From NCBI GenBank assembly GCA_002269645.1, contig NIVC01000326.1, positions 372,001-436,000 of the forward strand: a DNA stretch of 64,000 nt, written 5' to 3'. Within the stretch, counting starts at the first letter, position 1; every line of letters begins with the position of its first letter. The position numbers and the translations under genes were made by a program. Positions 50,710 to 62,844 of the stretch are shown in pieces. The stretch comes from Macrostomum lignano (Eukaryota). The notes beneath the pieces are model-generated. The model did no database searches. It had not been told where the DNA came from and was given only the letters and a program-made list of their open reading frames with translations.

Positions 50710-51880
50710 ATCCACTCATCCTCTTCAATCCGCCCCATCCGCTCCAAACCGCCCCATCCGCTCCAATCCTCTCCAATCCGCCCCAAACCGCCCCATCCGC
50801 CCCAAACCGCCCCATCCTCTCCAATCCGCCCCATCCGCCCCAAACCGCCCCATCCTCTCCAATCCGCCCCATCCACTCCAAACCGCCCCATCCGCTCCAA
50901 ACCGCCCCATCCGCTCCAAACCGCCCCATCCGCTCCAAACCGCCCCATCCGCTCCAAACCGCCCCATCCGCTCCAAACCGCCCCATCCGCTCCAAACCGC
51001 CCCATCCGCTCCAATCCGCCCCATCCGCTCCAAACCGCCCCATCCGCTCCAAACCGCCCCATCCGCTCCAAACCGCCCCATCCGCTCCAAACCGCCCCAT
51101 CCGCTCCAAACCGCCCCATCCGCTCCAAACCGCCCCATCCGCTCCAAACCGCCCATGCTCTCCAATCCGCCCCATCCTCTCCAATCCGCCCCATCCGCCC
51201 CAAACCGCCCCATCCGCTCCAAACTGCCCCATCCGCTCCAAACCGCCCCAAACTGCCCCATCCGCTCCAAACCGCCCCATCCGCTCCAATCCTCTCCAAT
51301 CCGCCCCAAACCGCCCCATCCGCTCCAAACTGCCCCATCCTCTCCAATCCGCCCCATCCTCTCCAATCCGCCCCATCCGCCCCAAACCGCCCCATCCGCT
51401 CCAAACCGCCCCAAACTGCCCCATCCGCTTCAATCCGCCCCATCCGCTCCAATCCGCCCCATCCGCTCCAAACCGCCCCAAACCGCCTCATCCGCTCCAA
51501 TCCGCCCCATCCGCTCCAATCCGCCCCATCCGCTCCAAACTGCCCCATCCGCTCCAATCCGCCCCATCCGCTCCAAACTGCCCCATCCGCTCCAATCCGC
51601 CCCATCCGCTCCAAACTGCCCCATCCGCTCCAATCCTCTCCAATCCGCCCCATCCTCTCCAATCCTCTCCAATCCTCTCCAATCCGCCCCATCCTCTCCA
51701 ATCCTCTCTAATCCTCTCCAATCCTCTCCAATCCTCTCCAATCCGCCCCATCCTCTCCAATCCGCCCCATCCGCTCCAAACCGCCCCATCCTCTCCAATC
51801 CTCGCCAATCCGCCCCATCCGCTCCAAACCGCCCCCCAAACCCCATCCGCTCCAAACCTCTCCAATCCCCTCCAATCGGC
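50710..51880. repeat. 19-bp minisatellite (CCGCCCCATCCGCTCCAAA)
   Basis: Read directly. Confidence 0.94.
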
Positions 51881-52019
51881 CCGCTCCATGCAAGCAAAAA
51901 CAATCCAGGCCGTGAAGATTTCAAAGTGCCAGGCAAGCAACGACGCTTCCGTTTTACCTGGCTTTTGGATCTCTTTGTGTTCCAGCTGGATCTTCAGCAC
52001 ATCTGAACATCAAATTCTC

Positions 52020-52372
52020 TCTCACCTAGCCTCTCTCTCAGCCTCTCTCCGCGCTTAGCATCTCTCTCTTAGCTTCTCTTTCTTAACCCTCCTATTAGCT
52101 TTTCTCTCTTAGCCTCTCTCTTAGCCTCTCTATTAGCCCATCTCTTAGCTTCTCTTAGAATCTCTGTCTTAGCATCTCTCTTAGCATCTCTTTCTTAGCC
52201 CCACTCTCTCTAAGCTTCTCTCTCAGCATCTATATCTTAACTACTCTCTCTTAGAATCTCTATCTTAACATGTCTCTCTTAGCATCTCTCTCTTGGTATC
52301 TCTCTCTTAGTTTCTCTCTAGCCTCTCTCTCTTAGCTTCTCTGTTAGCTTCTCTTTCTTAGCCCCTCTCTCA
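52020..52372. repeat. Degenerate TCTCTCTTAG repeats
   Basis: Read directly. Confidence 0.75.
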
Positions 52373-52704
52373 AACTCTTCTTTGAAACATTCACTAATAA
52401 TTGTTATTATTTCACTCAAACAAAGAGCTTGCAGTCGAATTCTAATCCCAGATTCAATTCACAAGCGCCAGCACGGGACCTGTTGCACTGTCCGAATGCG
52501 ATGACCCCATCGCGCGCCACCTCTGAGAGAGAGAGAGAGGCCTGCCCAGGTAGGTCGCAGCCAATGGCTGGCCTTCACGGACCAACCCCGCCACAGACGC
52601 CCCGCTCCATCGCTCAGAGGATAAATTCGAGTCACACACACACACAGAACCCAAATTACAACAATCAATCATTTTCGAAGCCTGTGACACTGCAAAATCA
52701 GACA

Positions 52705-53187
52705 ATGGACTCGCAGCACGGCAAAGAGCTTCATCAGCAACATCAACAACAAGCAACCTGGCTTCATCAGCACCACCAGTCGCTGCAGCCGCCACCGTCA
52801 CCAGCTTTGCTTGAATGGGTGCGGATTCGGCACTTGTTTGAGCAGCAGCAACAACACATGCAGCAGCAGCAGCAGCAGCAACAGCAACAACAACAGCAAC
52901 AGCAGCGGCAGAAGAAAAGCCGGAAGCGGCTCCGAGACTCCGAGAGGCAGCTGGCCAACCAGCGCGAGCGGGAGCGGATGCGAGTCCTGGCCAGCGGCTA
53001 CCAGCGGCTCAAGCTCGCCCTGCCCAACATCTCGCCGGAGACCAAACTGTCCAAGTTGGATACCCTGCGGCTGGCGACCCGGTACATCCGGCATCTGACT
53101 GAGCTGCTGCAGCGGCATCAGCGAGAAGCCGACGGGGGAGCTGACGATGGCCAGGAGCCGCCGGCTAAGCGGCAGCACCGGCACTGA
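52705..53187 (+). CDS. TCF21: bHLH transcription factor, TCF21/musculin (MyoR)-like, paralogue A (about 160 aa from ATG 52705)
   Basis: The b[55 protein letters not shown] matches TCF21/MSC ([45 protein letters not shown]). Poly-Q N-terminus. The start is uncertain: in-frame ATGs lie further upstream, but CCAAT (52561) and GATAAA (52620) favour 52705. Orthology within the family is unresolved. Confidence 0.82.
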   Translation: MDSQHGKELHQQHQQQATWLHQHHQSLQPPPSPALLEWVRIRHLFEQQQQHMQQQQQQQQQQQQQQQRQKKSRKRLRDSERQLANQRERERMRVLASGYQRLKLALPNISPETKLSKLDTLRLATRYIRHLTELLQRHQREADGGADDGQEPPAKRQHRH

Positions 53188-53329
53188 GGCTGAATCCAGA
53201 ATGACGCTGACATCTCGGCTGATGCTGTTCAGGTTGGGTTTCTCTCTCTGCGATTGATTGGCATGGAACACATGCGAGACAGTCTTCACTTTATCCCCTT
53301 GATTAACCCCTCCCTTAATCTGTCTACCT

Positions 53330-53945
53330 CTCCCCATCTATCTAACTCTCCCCTAATCCATCTACCTCTCCCCCATCCATCTACCTATCTTTTAAGCTGT
53401 CTTCCTCACCCTATTTATCTACCTCTCCCTACCTCTTCTTCTATCTAACATTTCCACCTATCTAACTCTCCCCTATCTACCTCTCCCGCTATCTACCACT
53501 CCCGCTATCTACCACTCCCGCTATCTACCTCTCCCTCTATATACCTCTCCCTCTATCTACCTCCTCCCTATATACCTCTCCCTCTATCTACCTCTCCCTC
53601 TATCTACCTCTCCCTCTATCTACCTTTCCCTCTATCTACCTCTCCCCCTATCTACTCTCCCTCTATCTACCTCTCCCCCTATCTACCTCTCCCCTTATCT
53701 ACCTCTCCCCCTATCTACCTCCCCCTATCTACCTCTCCCCTATCTACCTCTCCCCCTATCTACCTCTCCCCCTATCTACCTCCCCTTATCTACCTCCCCC
53801 TATCTACCTCTCCCCCTATCTAACTCCCCCCTATCTACCTCTCCCCTTATCTACCTCTCCCCCTATCTACCCCCTTATCTACCTCTCCCCCTATCTACCT
53901 CTACCCCATTATATCTACTTCTCTCCCCATTTCTCCACCTCTCCC
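53330..53945. repeat. CTATCTACCTCTCCC-type minisatellite
   Basis: Read directly. Confidence 0.88.
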
Positions 53946-54519
53946 TCCAGAGCAGGAGTCCATCGTGACGCAGGCCCGCAGGCAAGGCTGCAGTCACTCG
54001 GATCACATTGAGTCCGGCAATCATTCTTCTCCATCGAATTTCAATCACAATGCAGCTCAAGCGTTTTAAGCAATCGATTTTATTATCCTTCAGAGCGTTT
54101 CAGTTTAGAAATTTTCCTCATTTTGGTGCTGCTTTTGTGATTTTCCCTGTTAGATTCATTTTTGTCGTATCAAATATTTTCTACTTCGTATTTTCCTTCG
54201 CATATTTTCTGTTCGTATTCTATTTCAACAACTTTTCGCTTGATATCGCTGTAAGTAGTATGAAATCGAGTTTGCGTGTTACAATTATTTTCATTTTGTT
54301 TACATTCACCAATAAAAATAGCCAAAGTTTAGATTCGTTTTGCATTTAAAACTAAAAAAATTTGCCTTTTTGTCTTTGTTTGTCTTAAATAAAATTCGGG
54401 GGTATACTACTTCGAAAAGCTAATTAAGGCGAATGCTGCCTGAAATGACAGGAAGTTTTTATGCAGCCTTTTTAGCGCTAACTTGGCATCCTGAGTATCT
54501 CAGCGTCTGAAAAAATCTG

Positions 54520-54760
54520 GCACACACTGTCACAAGCACACACTGTCACAAGCACATAGTGTCACAAGCACACACTGTCACAAGCACACACTGTCACAAG
54601 CACACACTGTCACAAGCACACACTGTCACAAGCACACACTGTCACAAGCACACACTGTCACAAGCACATACTGTCACAAGCACACACTGTCACAAGCACA
54701 CACTGTCACAAGCACACACTGTCACAAGCACACACTGTCACAAGCACACACTGTCACAAG
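54520..54760. repeat. 16-bp repeat (CACACTGTCACAAGCA)
   Basis: Read directly. Confidence 0.93.
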
Positions 54761-55379
54761 AGCGCACCCATTAGCTTCAGCGAAATTCAAGTTCAGTCTC
54801 CTTCAAATTCTAATTTTAGATTGTGTTAATAATTTCTTTTTACGACTTAATTACTGTTGAATTGTTGGGATTCCGAAAATTTCGCTACGCCAGTAATTAG
54901 AGGAGACTGTATAGAATCGAACCCGCGACCTGGCATCATCAACAGCTGCCTGCTGAGTTTGCTTTGCTGACAAAATCAGCGTGCAGTAATGAATTGATTT
55001 TTCCCCTATTTAGAATCAGGCTGAGGCCCAGCGCCCCGTGAGGCACTAATGAGGCATTGCACAGGGACCCCAGGGGGGGGGGGTGCAGTGCAGACAGACC
55101 TGCCCCAGTGCTGTGGAGTCAGTCAGGCCAGTTCTGGGTGTCAAAGATGAGGCACACCTTGAGAGGAAACTTGCGCACAGCTCGCTATACGGGCACGAGT
55201 TTATGAAGAAAAAACAATGCAACATGGAGCTGTCCGTCACGAGAGTGGGTAATTCGGGAGCGCTGTGCCAAGGCTGAACCGAATTCACGTTTGTTTTGTC
55301 ATGTATTGGCTGCTGATCATTGCTTGTGGCTGGATAAATTTAGTGAGCTATCGAGTCTCTCATAGCATTTGACTAGGGT

Positions 55380-56780
55380 CATCTCTCACTCTAATCTCTA
55401 TCTCCCTTTCATCTCTATCTCACTCTCACCCCTCCGTCACTCTCATCTATCCTTCCTTCTCATCTCTATCTCTATCTCTCTATCTCTATCTCCCTCCCAT
55501 CTCTATCTCACTCTAGCCTCTGTCTCCCTCACATCTCTATTTCACTCTAGTCTCTGTCTCCCTCTAGTCTCCATCTCCCTCCCATCTCCATCGCCCTCTA
55601 GTTTCTATCTCCCTTTAGTCTCTATCTCCCTCTAGTCTATATCTCTCTCTAGTCTTTATCTCCCCCATCTCTATCTCAATCTAGTCTGTCTCCCTCTAGT
55701 CTCCATCTCCCTCCCATCTCCATCGCCCTCTAGTTTCTATCTCCCTCTCATCTCCATCTCATTTTAATCTCTATCTCCCTCAAATCACTATCTCCCTCTA
55801 GTCTCTGTCTCCCTCTAGTCTCCATCTCCCTCCCATCTCTATCTCCCTCTAGTCTCTGTCTCCCTCTAGTTTCTATCTCTGTCCCATATCTATCTCCCTC
55901 TAGTCTCTATCTCCCTCTAGTCTCTATCTCCCTCTAGTCTATATCTCTCTCTAGTCATTATCTCCCTTCCATCTCTGTCTCCCTCTAGTCTCCATCTCCC
56001 TCCCATCTCTATCTCCCTCTAGTCTCTGTCTCCCTCTAGTCTATATCTCTCTCTAGTCATTATCTCCCTCTAGTCTCTGTCTCCCTCTAGTCTCCATCTC
56101 CCTCCCATCTCTATCTCCCTCTAGTCTCTGTCTCCCTCTAGTTTCTATCTCTGTCCCATATCTATCTCCCTCTAGTCTCTATCTCCCTCTAGTCTCTATC
56201 TCCCTCTAGTCTATATCTCTCTCTAGTCATTATCTCCCTTCCATCTCTGTCTCCCTCTAGTCTCCATCTCCCTCCCATCTCTATCTCCCTCTAGTCTCTG
56301 TCTCCCTCTAGTCTCTATCTCTGTCCCATATCTATCTCCCTCTAGTCTCTATCTCCCTCTAGTCTCTATCTCTGTCCCATATCTATCTCCCTCTAGTCTC
56401 TATCTCCCTTTAGTCTCTATCTCCCTCTAGTCTCCATCTCCCTCTAGTCTCTATCTCCCTCTAGTCTCCATCTCCCTCTAGTCTCTATCTCCCTCCCGTA
56501 TCTATCTCCCTCTAGTCTTCATCTCCCTCTAGTCTCCATCTCCCTCTAGTCTTCATTTCCCTCTAGTGTCCATCTCCCTCCCATCTCTATCTCACTCTAG
56601 TCTTTGTCTCCCTCTAGTCTCCATCTCACTCCCGTCTCTCCCTCACTCTCATCTCTATATCACTCTACGAGCGTAATTTCTATATTACTCTATCCTCCAT
56701 CGCCCTCTAATCTCTATCTCCCTCTCATCTCCATCTTATTTTAATCTCTATTTCCCTCTCATCTCTCTCACTCTAGTATC
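55380..56780. repeat. CT-rich minisatellite (TCTCCCTCTAGTCTCTA-type)
   Basis: Read directly. Confidence 0.88.
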
Positions 56781-57714
56781 TATCTCCCTTACTTGACTTA
56801 GCTGCGGGGTGGTCCGTAGACACAGCGGGGAGGCGAGGGTCGCCCATTCCGCCAGCCCCAGAAGGCCCGCAGACAGGCAGAGGCGTGGGGCCGGTCAGGG
56901 TGGTCCGCCGGTCCATCCATCCTGCAGCGTGATCTTCTGTCTTGTCGCCCGAAGGAACTGGATGAGCCGTGGGAGTATCTATCTCCCTCTCATCTCTCAA
57001 CTGTCATTAAATTCCACTCTACTCCCAACTTTCTCTCTCTCAATCCTTACTCCGTCCTGAGGACAGACATATCCGAGCACAATGAAGGTGCAAAAAAGTT
57101 CGAATTTCTTCATTCATCATCAAGCATTGGAAAATTTCGCACAGCAGAGAGCGGCTGCTGAAATGGCGGCCAGGCAGAAGACGCTGGCACGCGAACAGAA
57201 AGGCCCAAAGGAATTTGTCAAATTCCAATCTTGAAGGAAGAAATTACAGGAAGATCAAGCAGACATCCCCCTCACTCCTCCGAGACAAGTGACATTCCCT
57301 GAAAAAATTAGCCTGAGCTGATTGCGTCAGCTGCTGCAAAGTCAAGTTATTGTTGTCCATGGGCTTTGAAAATATCGGCCGCCACCCCCAGCCCGCATTC
57401 CCCCGGAAGTGAACACCTGACAGGCGCTGCTGAGGGGTGCAGGAGATGGACACGGGGTCGGTGGCCTCATTAATCACGCAGGCAGATCGAGACAGACCTT
57501 CGCCAGCTGCAGTTTCCCCAGCCGCCAAAATGTTTTTATGCTTAATGCAGCAATATTTTTATGGCTGCACTTGGAGCCGCTTTTACAAGCCAACAGCCAT
57601 CGAGCTTCGAATATTTTCGCTGGAGAATTTGATAGGCGCTCGAGGCTGGCTCACCCATCATGCTATCGAATATTTTCCGTGGCAGTTGCACCTGAGCATA
57701 TGAGGGTCTTCTCT

Positions 57715-58632
57715 CTGACATTCTTGTCTCCCATTCATATCTCTCCCCCACTCTCATTTCTATCTCACTCTAGTCTCTATGTCACTCTCAACTCTATCTC
57801 ACTGTTATTTCTTTCTCAATCTAGTCTCTATCTCACTCTCATCTCTTCTCATGTCTCCCTCACTCTCATCTCTATTCTCATGTCTCCCTCACTCTCATCT
57901 CTATTCTCATCTCTCCCTCACTCTCATCTCTACTCTCATCTCTCCCTCACTCTCATCTCTACTCTCATCTTTCCCTCACTCTCATCTCTGCCTCCGTTTC
58001 ATCTCTCTCTACCACTCTCATCTCTATCTCACTCTTATCTCTTTCTCACTCTAGTCTCCATGTCACTCTCAACTCTATCTCACTGTTATTTCTTTCTCAA
58101 TCTAGTCTCTATCTCACACTCATATCTATTTCCCTCTCATCTCCCCCTCACTTTCATCTCTACTCTCATCTCTGCTCCCATCTCTCCCCCACTCTCATCT
58201 CTATCTCACTCTAGTCTCTATGTCACTCTTAACTCTATGTCACACTCATCTCTATTGCCCTCTCATCTCTCCCCCACTCTCATCTCTCCCTCACTCATCC
58301 CTACTCTCATCTCTCCCTCACTCTCATCTCTCCCTCACTCTCATCTCTCCCTCACTCTCATCTCTCACTCACTCTCATCTCTCCCTCACTCTCATCTCTC
58401 CCTCACTCTCATCTCTCCCTCACTCTCATCTCTCCCTCACTCTCATCTCTCCCTCACTCTCATCTCTCCCTCATTCTCATCTCTCCCTCACTCTCATCTC
58501 TCCCTCATTCTCATCTCTCCCTCACTCTCATCTCTCCCTCATTCTCATCTCTCCCTCACTCTCATCTCTCCCTCACTCTCATCTCTCCCTCACTCTCATC
58601 TCTCCCTCACTCATCCCTACTCTCATGTCTCG
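57715..58632. repeat. CT-rich 18-bp minisatellite (CTCATCTCTCCCTCACT-type)
   Basis: Read directly. It explains the 466-aa ORF. Confidence 0.88.
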
Positions 58633-59274
58633 CTCACTCTCATCTCTCCCTCACGAGGAGAGATGCGCAAAGAGAAAGTCAAGAGCCGCTGTACACACTG
58701 CGTGAGCGTGTGTGGGACTGCCTTGCCTCTTCGCTTGCTTCTAAAAGAGGTTTTTTCGTTCCCGAAAATGTTTGCTGCACCAACAGGAAAATGTTTGTTG
58801 AAGAAGAGACGGGATTTATTAAGAAAGGAGTTGTCCGCGAATGCGCCAGGTGCTCTTGGCTCCGCCGTCAGCTCTGGGCAGCTGACGCTGAGAAATTCTC
58901 AAGGAAGCCCCGATTCTGTCCGCCTGACAGGGGGCTGAGGGCTCGCATTCCACCGGAGGCTGGGGCGGCCCAATAAATTCCTGGAATGCCTCAGCGCTGC
59001 CTATGAAATACCTGAAAGCAGGAGAAGGCGGCCTCGGCTTTCTTGCCTGGACCCTCTGGCCGAATCGTCACTGCGTTCTTCTCAACGAAATTCGCACGGG
59101 ATTTGACTTTCCTGACAAAAATTTCCTGTTTTAAATCCTTAGAATTTATCGAAACAAGGATTTTTATATTCCCTCCTCGGTTCGTGTTAGCCTGTTGGTC
59201 TGTGCTGACGGCTTGTGTGAGTACCGAGGCCTTCTATGATAGGATGCAAGTAATTAGGCTTCAAATTACAAGCT

Positions 59275-59875
59275 CTTATCTCTCTCGTCTCCCTTCTTTC
59301 ATCTCCGCTCTCTCATCTCCGCTTTCTCATCTCCCCTCTCTCATCTCCACTCTCTCATCTCCCCTCTCTCATCTCTCCTCTCTCATCTCCGCTCTCTCAT
59401 CTCCCCTCTCTCATCTCCACTCTCTCATCTCCGCTCTCTCATCTCCGCTCTCTCATCTCTCCTCTCTCATCTCCGCTCTCTCATCTCTCCTCTCTCATCT
59501 CCCCTCTCTCATCTCCACTCTCTTATCTCCGCTCTCTCATCTCCGCTCTCTCATCTCCGCTCTCTTATCTCTCCTCTCTCATCTCCCCTCTCTCATCTCC
59601 CCTCTCTTATCTCCGCTTTCTCATCTCCCCTCTCTCATCTCCACTCTCTTATCTCCGCTCTCTCATCTCCGCTCTCTCATCTCTCCTCTCTCATCTCCCT
59701 TTCTCATCTCCCCTCTCTCATCTCCCTTCTCTTATCTCCCCTCTCTCATCTTCCCTCTCTCATTTCCCCACTCTCATCTCCTGTCTCTCATCTCTCGTCT
59801 CTCCTCTCCCATCTCCCTTATCTCATCTCCGCTCTCTCATCTCCGCTATCTCATCTCCTCTCTCTCTTATCGCCC
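59275..59875. repeat. CT-rich minisatellite (TCTCATCTCCGCTC-type)
   Basis: Read directly. Confidence 0.88.
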
Positions 59876-60319
59876 ATCTCTTCGTCTATCCCCTAACATA
59901 AATAATCTTGCTGGCTGTCACTTCCCTATCAGCACTGCAATTCAGCGCTCCCATCAGTTCGCACACACACAGAACAGTAATGCATTCGCTGACAGAGAAT
60001 GCTTCATCCCAGCAAATCGTCGCCAGCTTTACTAAAGCAGAACCGGGCCAAATGCATTATCAGCATTTCTGAGCCGCCACCACCTGCTCTCCAGCTCCAG
60101 CTGCCTGCCGGGATGATTTATAGGCCCGCAATTTCAATTTCGATATTGGCGAGGCTTCAGATAGAGGAGATTTGCGTCATTAAAGACTTGGGATTCTTGA
60201 GGCTGAAGGGCTGGCGGCGGGGGAGCAGGTGGAGCGATGGTAATTGACCAGAGATAAAAAAGGGAAATCGTACTTGAAGCTTAGTTTGCTGCGGCCTGCG
60301 GATGCACACAGGACACAGC

Positions 60320-60320
60320 G

Positions 60321-60390
<70 letters not shown>
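60320..60390. repeat. (AGAC)n microsatellite
   Basis: Read directly. Confidence 0.93.
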
Positions 60391-60391
<1 letters not shown>

Positions 60392-60879
60392 GAAATACAT
60401 ACAATACAGAAATACAGTACAACAGACACATACGCTGAGACAGAGACTGTACCAGACAGACAGAAAAGCCACCCAGCAGTTCCAAGACGGACATACGGGG
60501 CTGCGCAGAGATCAACCCTAGTCCCCAATATCCGCCAGTTCTGAGGGGGTCGGGAGCCCCTCCTCTAAAAGCACCCGCTGGGAGTTTCGCCCACGACCGC
60601 AGCGGGGAAGCCCGCAGCTGCCCGCCTTTCGAACTCGCGGCATAACGAGGGGGCCACTGCGTCAAGCCCGAGAGGCGATTGAAGCCACCTTGCGGCAGCG
60701 GGTGCGTGGAAAAATTATTTCTGCCCATCACTGGCCCAATTCACGGAGCCCAACGCCTATTAATTACTTCGTTTATTTTAATCTGTGTACCAAACGCAAT
60801 TTTGCTGGGTAAAATCATTGGCTTGGTTACTCTCCTCTCGCTAGTCTCTTGTCTCGTCTCTCTTAGAAAATCTTATCAG

Positions 60880-61480
60880 GTCTCTCTTGAAATCTGATCT
60901 AGTCTCTCTTAGATTCTGATCTAGTCTATCTTAGAATCTGATCTAGTCTCTCTTAGAATCTGATCTAGTCTCTCTTAGAATCTGATCTAGTCTCTCTGAG
61001 AATCTGATCTAGTCTCTCTGAGAATCTGATCTAGTCTCTCTTAGATTCTGATCTAGTCTCTCTTAGATTCTGATCTAGTCTATCTTAGAATCTGATCTAG
61101 TCTCTCTTAGAATCTGATCTAGTCTCTCTTAGAATCTGATCTAGTCTCTCTGAGAATCTGATCTAGTCTCTCTGAGAATCTGATCTAGTCTCTCTTAGAA
61201 AATCTGATCAAGTCTCTCTTAGAATCTGATCTAGTCTCTCTTAGAATCTGATCTAGTCTCTCTTAGAATCTGATCTAGTCTCTCTTAGAATCTGATCTAG
61301 TCTCTCTTAGAATCTTCTCTAGTCTCTCTTAGAATCTGATCTAGTCTCTTTTAGAAAATCTAATCAGGTCTCTCTTAAAACCTCATCTACCGTAGTCTTA
61401 GAGCCTCATCTAGTCTCTCTTAGAATCTGATCCAGTCTCTCTTGGAATCTGATCTAGTCTCTCTTAGAAGCTGATCTAGT
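60880..61480. repeat. 22-bp minisatellite (TCTGATCTAGTCTCTCTTAGAA)
   Basis: Read directly. Confidence 0.92.
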
Positions 61481-61703
61481 CCCACTCCGTTTCGTATAGT
61501 TCTTCTCATCTAATTATCTGTCTACTATAGCCGCGCTCTTCAAGGCAGTTGTAAAGAAACAAAACAAAAAAGCAGTTTTTGAAAGCATGGGAAATGCACA
61601 TTAAAGATCTACTATTTAACAGTTTATATTACAGTGCGTGTATCCAAGCGAATGGCAACAAACAGGTGAGCAAACGGACTGTACAATGGCAGCAACACAA
61701 CAG

Positions 61704-62447
61704 TCAGTCGAAGCACTGGCCGGACAGCTCGCAGCAGCCGCAGCTCAGGCCAGATGCGTCCGCCGCGCTGCTGGAGCTGCCGTCACTTCGGCGGCCTCCT
61801 CCTCCTCCTCGGCTTGTCTGTGCCGGGGCTGGCGCGGCCGCTGCGAGCCTTCGACCACCGTGATGATCGGCGGTTCTGGCGAAGCTCCAGGGCACCACCT
61901 GCTGCTGCTCAAGCGCAGGCTTCAAATTCTCAGCGTTCTCAACCGCCTCATCGTCGGCTTGGAAGCCGCTGCTGTCTGCGCCGTCGTCATCCTGCCGGAG
62001 CAGTTCGGTCAGATGCCGGATGTACCGAGCCGCCAGCCGCAGGGTGTCCAGCTTGGACAGCTTCGTGTCGGGCGGGATGTTGGGCAGGGCGAGCTTGAGC
62101 CGGTGGTACTCCCTGGACAGTACGTGCATCCTCTCCCGCTCGCGCTGGTTGGCCGCCTGGCGCTCGACCTGGCTCAGGCCCGCCTGCTGCTTCTGCTGCG
62201 GATTTGTCTGCTGTTGCTTTCGCTGCTGCTTTTTCTGTTGCTTTTGCTGCTGCTGCTGCAGCTGCGGCTGCTGTCGGCGCTTTCTCTGACGCTTCTCTGG
62301 CGCCGGAGGCGGCTGCATCAACGGCAGCTGGTCGAGGACGTCAACGGGAAAGTCGGCAGCGGAGGGCCACTGGTAGAGACCGTCCTGTTGGTTATGGAAC
62401 CCCTGCTGCTGCTCAGGGATGCCGGTCCATGACCATTGGAAAGACAT
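61704..62447 (-). CDS. TCF21: bHLH transcription factor, TCF21/musculin (MyoR)-like, paralogue B (247 aa)
   Basis: The bHLH is [52 protein letters not shown]. Poly-Q N-terminus. C-terminal VVPWSF may correspond to the LTWPF motif of TCF21/MSC. Confidence 0.86.
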   Translation of the reverse strand: MSFQWSWTGIPEQQQGFHNQQDGLYQWPSAADFPVDVLDQLPLMQPPPAPEKRQRKRRQQPQLQQQQQKQQKKQQRKQQQTNPQQKQQAGLSQVERQAANQRERERMHVLSREYHRLKLALPNIPPDTKLSKLDTLRLAARYIRHLTELLRQDDDGADSSGFQADDEAVENAENLKPALEQQQVVPWSFARTADHHGGRRLAAAAPAPAQTSRGGGGGRRSDGSSSSAADASGLSCGCCELSGQCFD

Positions 62448-62544
62448 TCTCCGGAGATTGTAGGGAATTCTGATCAGAAGTTTAGTTGAATTTTTCTAAG
62501 GCAATGAAAAATTTGGGAGGCTGAGGGGCGGCCCCCGGCGGGCT

Positions 62545-62680
62545 CTTTATAGCCGGCACCGCGATGGGGCTTGGCGCGGAGGCTGGGCGGCCATTGGCCC
62601 GGCAGCTGCTGCAGACTGCACTGGGAGAGGGCACTGGCAGGAGCGCCGCCGCCGCCTCACACCGCATTGGCCGAGCTGGG
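62545..62680 (-). promoter_or_regulatory. Core promoter of bHLH paralogue B: TATAAAG (62551-62545) plus two CCAAT boxes (about 62596 and 62677)
   Basis: Canonical TATA box about 100 nt upstream of the ATG, with CCAAT about 45 nt further upstream. Confidence 0.6.
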
Positions 62681-62844
62681 CTGATGAAGGGCTGGAGGCT
62701 GGGCCGAATGATGGCGGAGTGCAGCTGCTGCGGTCCTGTATGCAGGAATTGCAGCCAGTCTGGTCTCTGCCGCTTACAAGGGTGGCTGTAAAATCTACAA
62801 TTCTGCCTTATTGGGTCCAGACTAGCACAGGAGCTGCACCGCTA

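Noticed and set aside
50685-52006. Long Gly/Trp-rich and Pro-rich ORFs
   Set aside because: They are translations of the 19-bp minisatellite.
52429-52704. Longer N-terminus for bHLH paralogue A, as in the ORF track
   Set aside because: The ORF starts at TTG, and the region contains CCAAT and GATAAA promoter-like motifs and GA/CA microsatellites. It is more likely promoter or 5' UTR.
54905-54975. Minus-strand GGTCGCGGGTTCGATTC B-box-like motif
   Set aside because: Only the T-arm is recognisable, so there is too little to call a tRNA or SINE.
57538-60035. 466-aa and 330-aa Ser/Leu/His-rich ORFs
   Set aside because: They are translations of CT-rich repeats, and the unique flanks show no recognisable domain.
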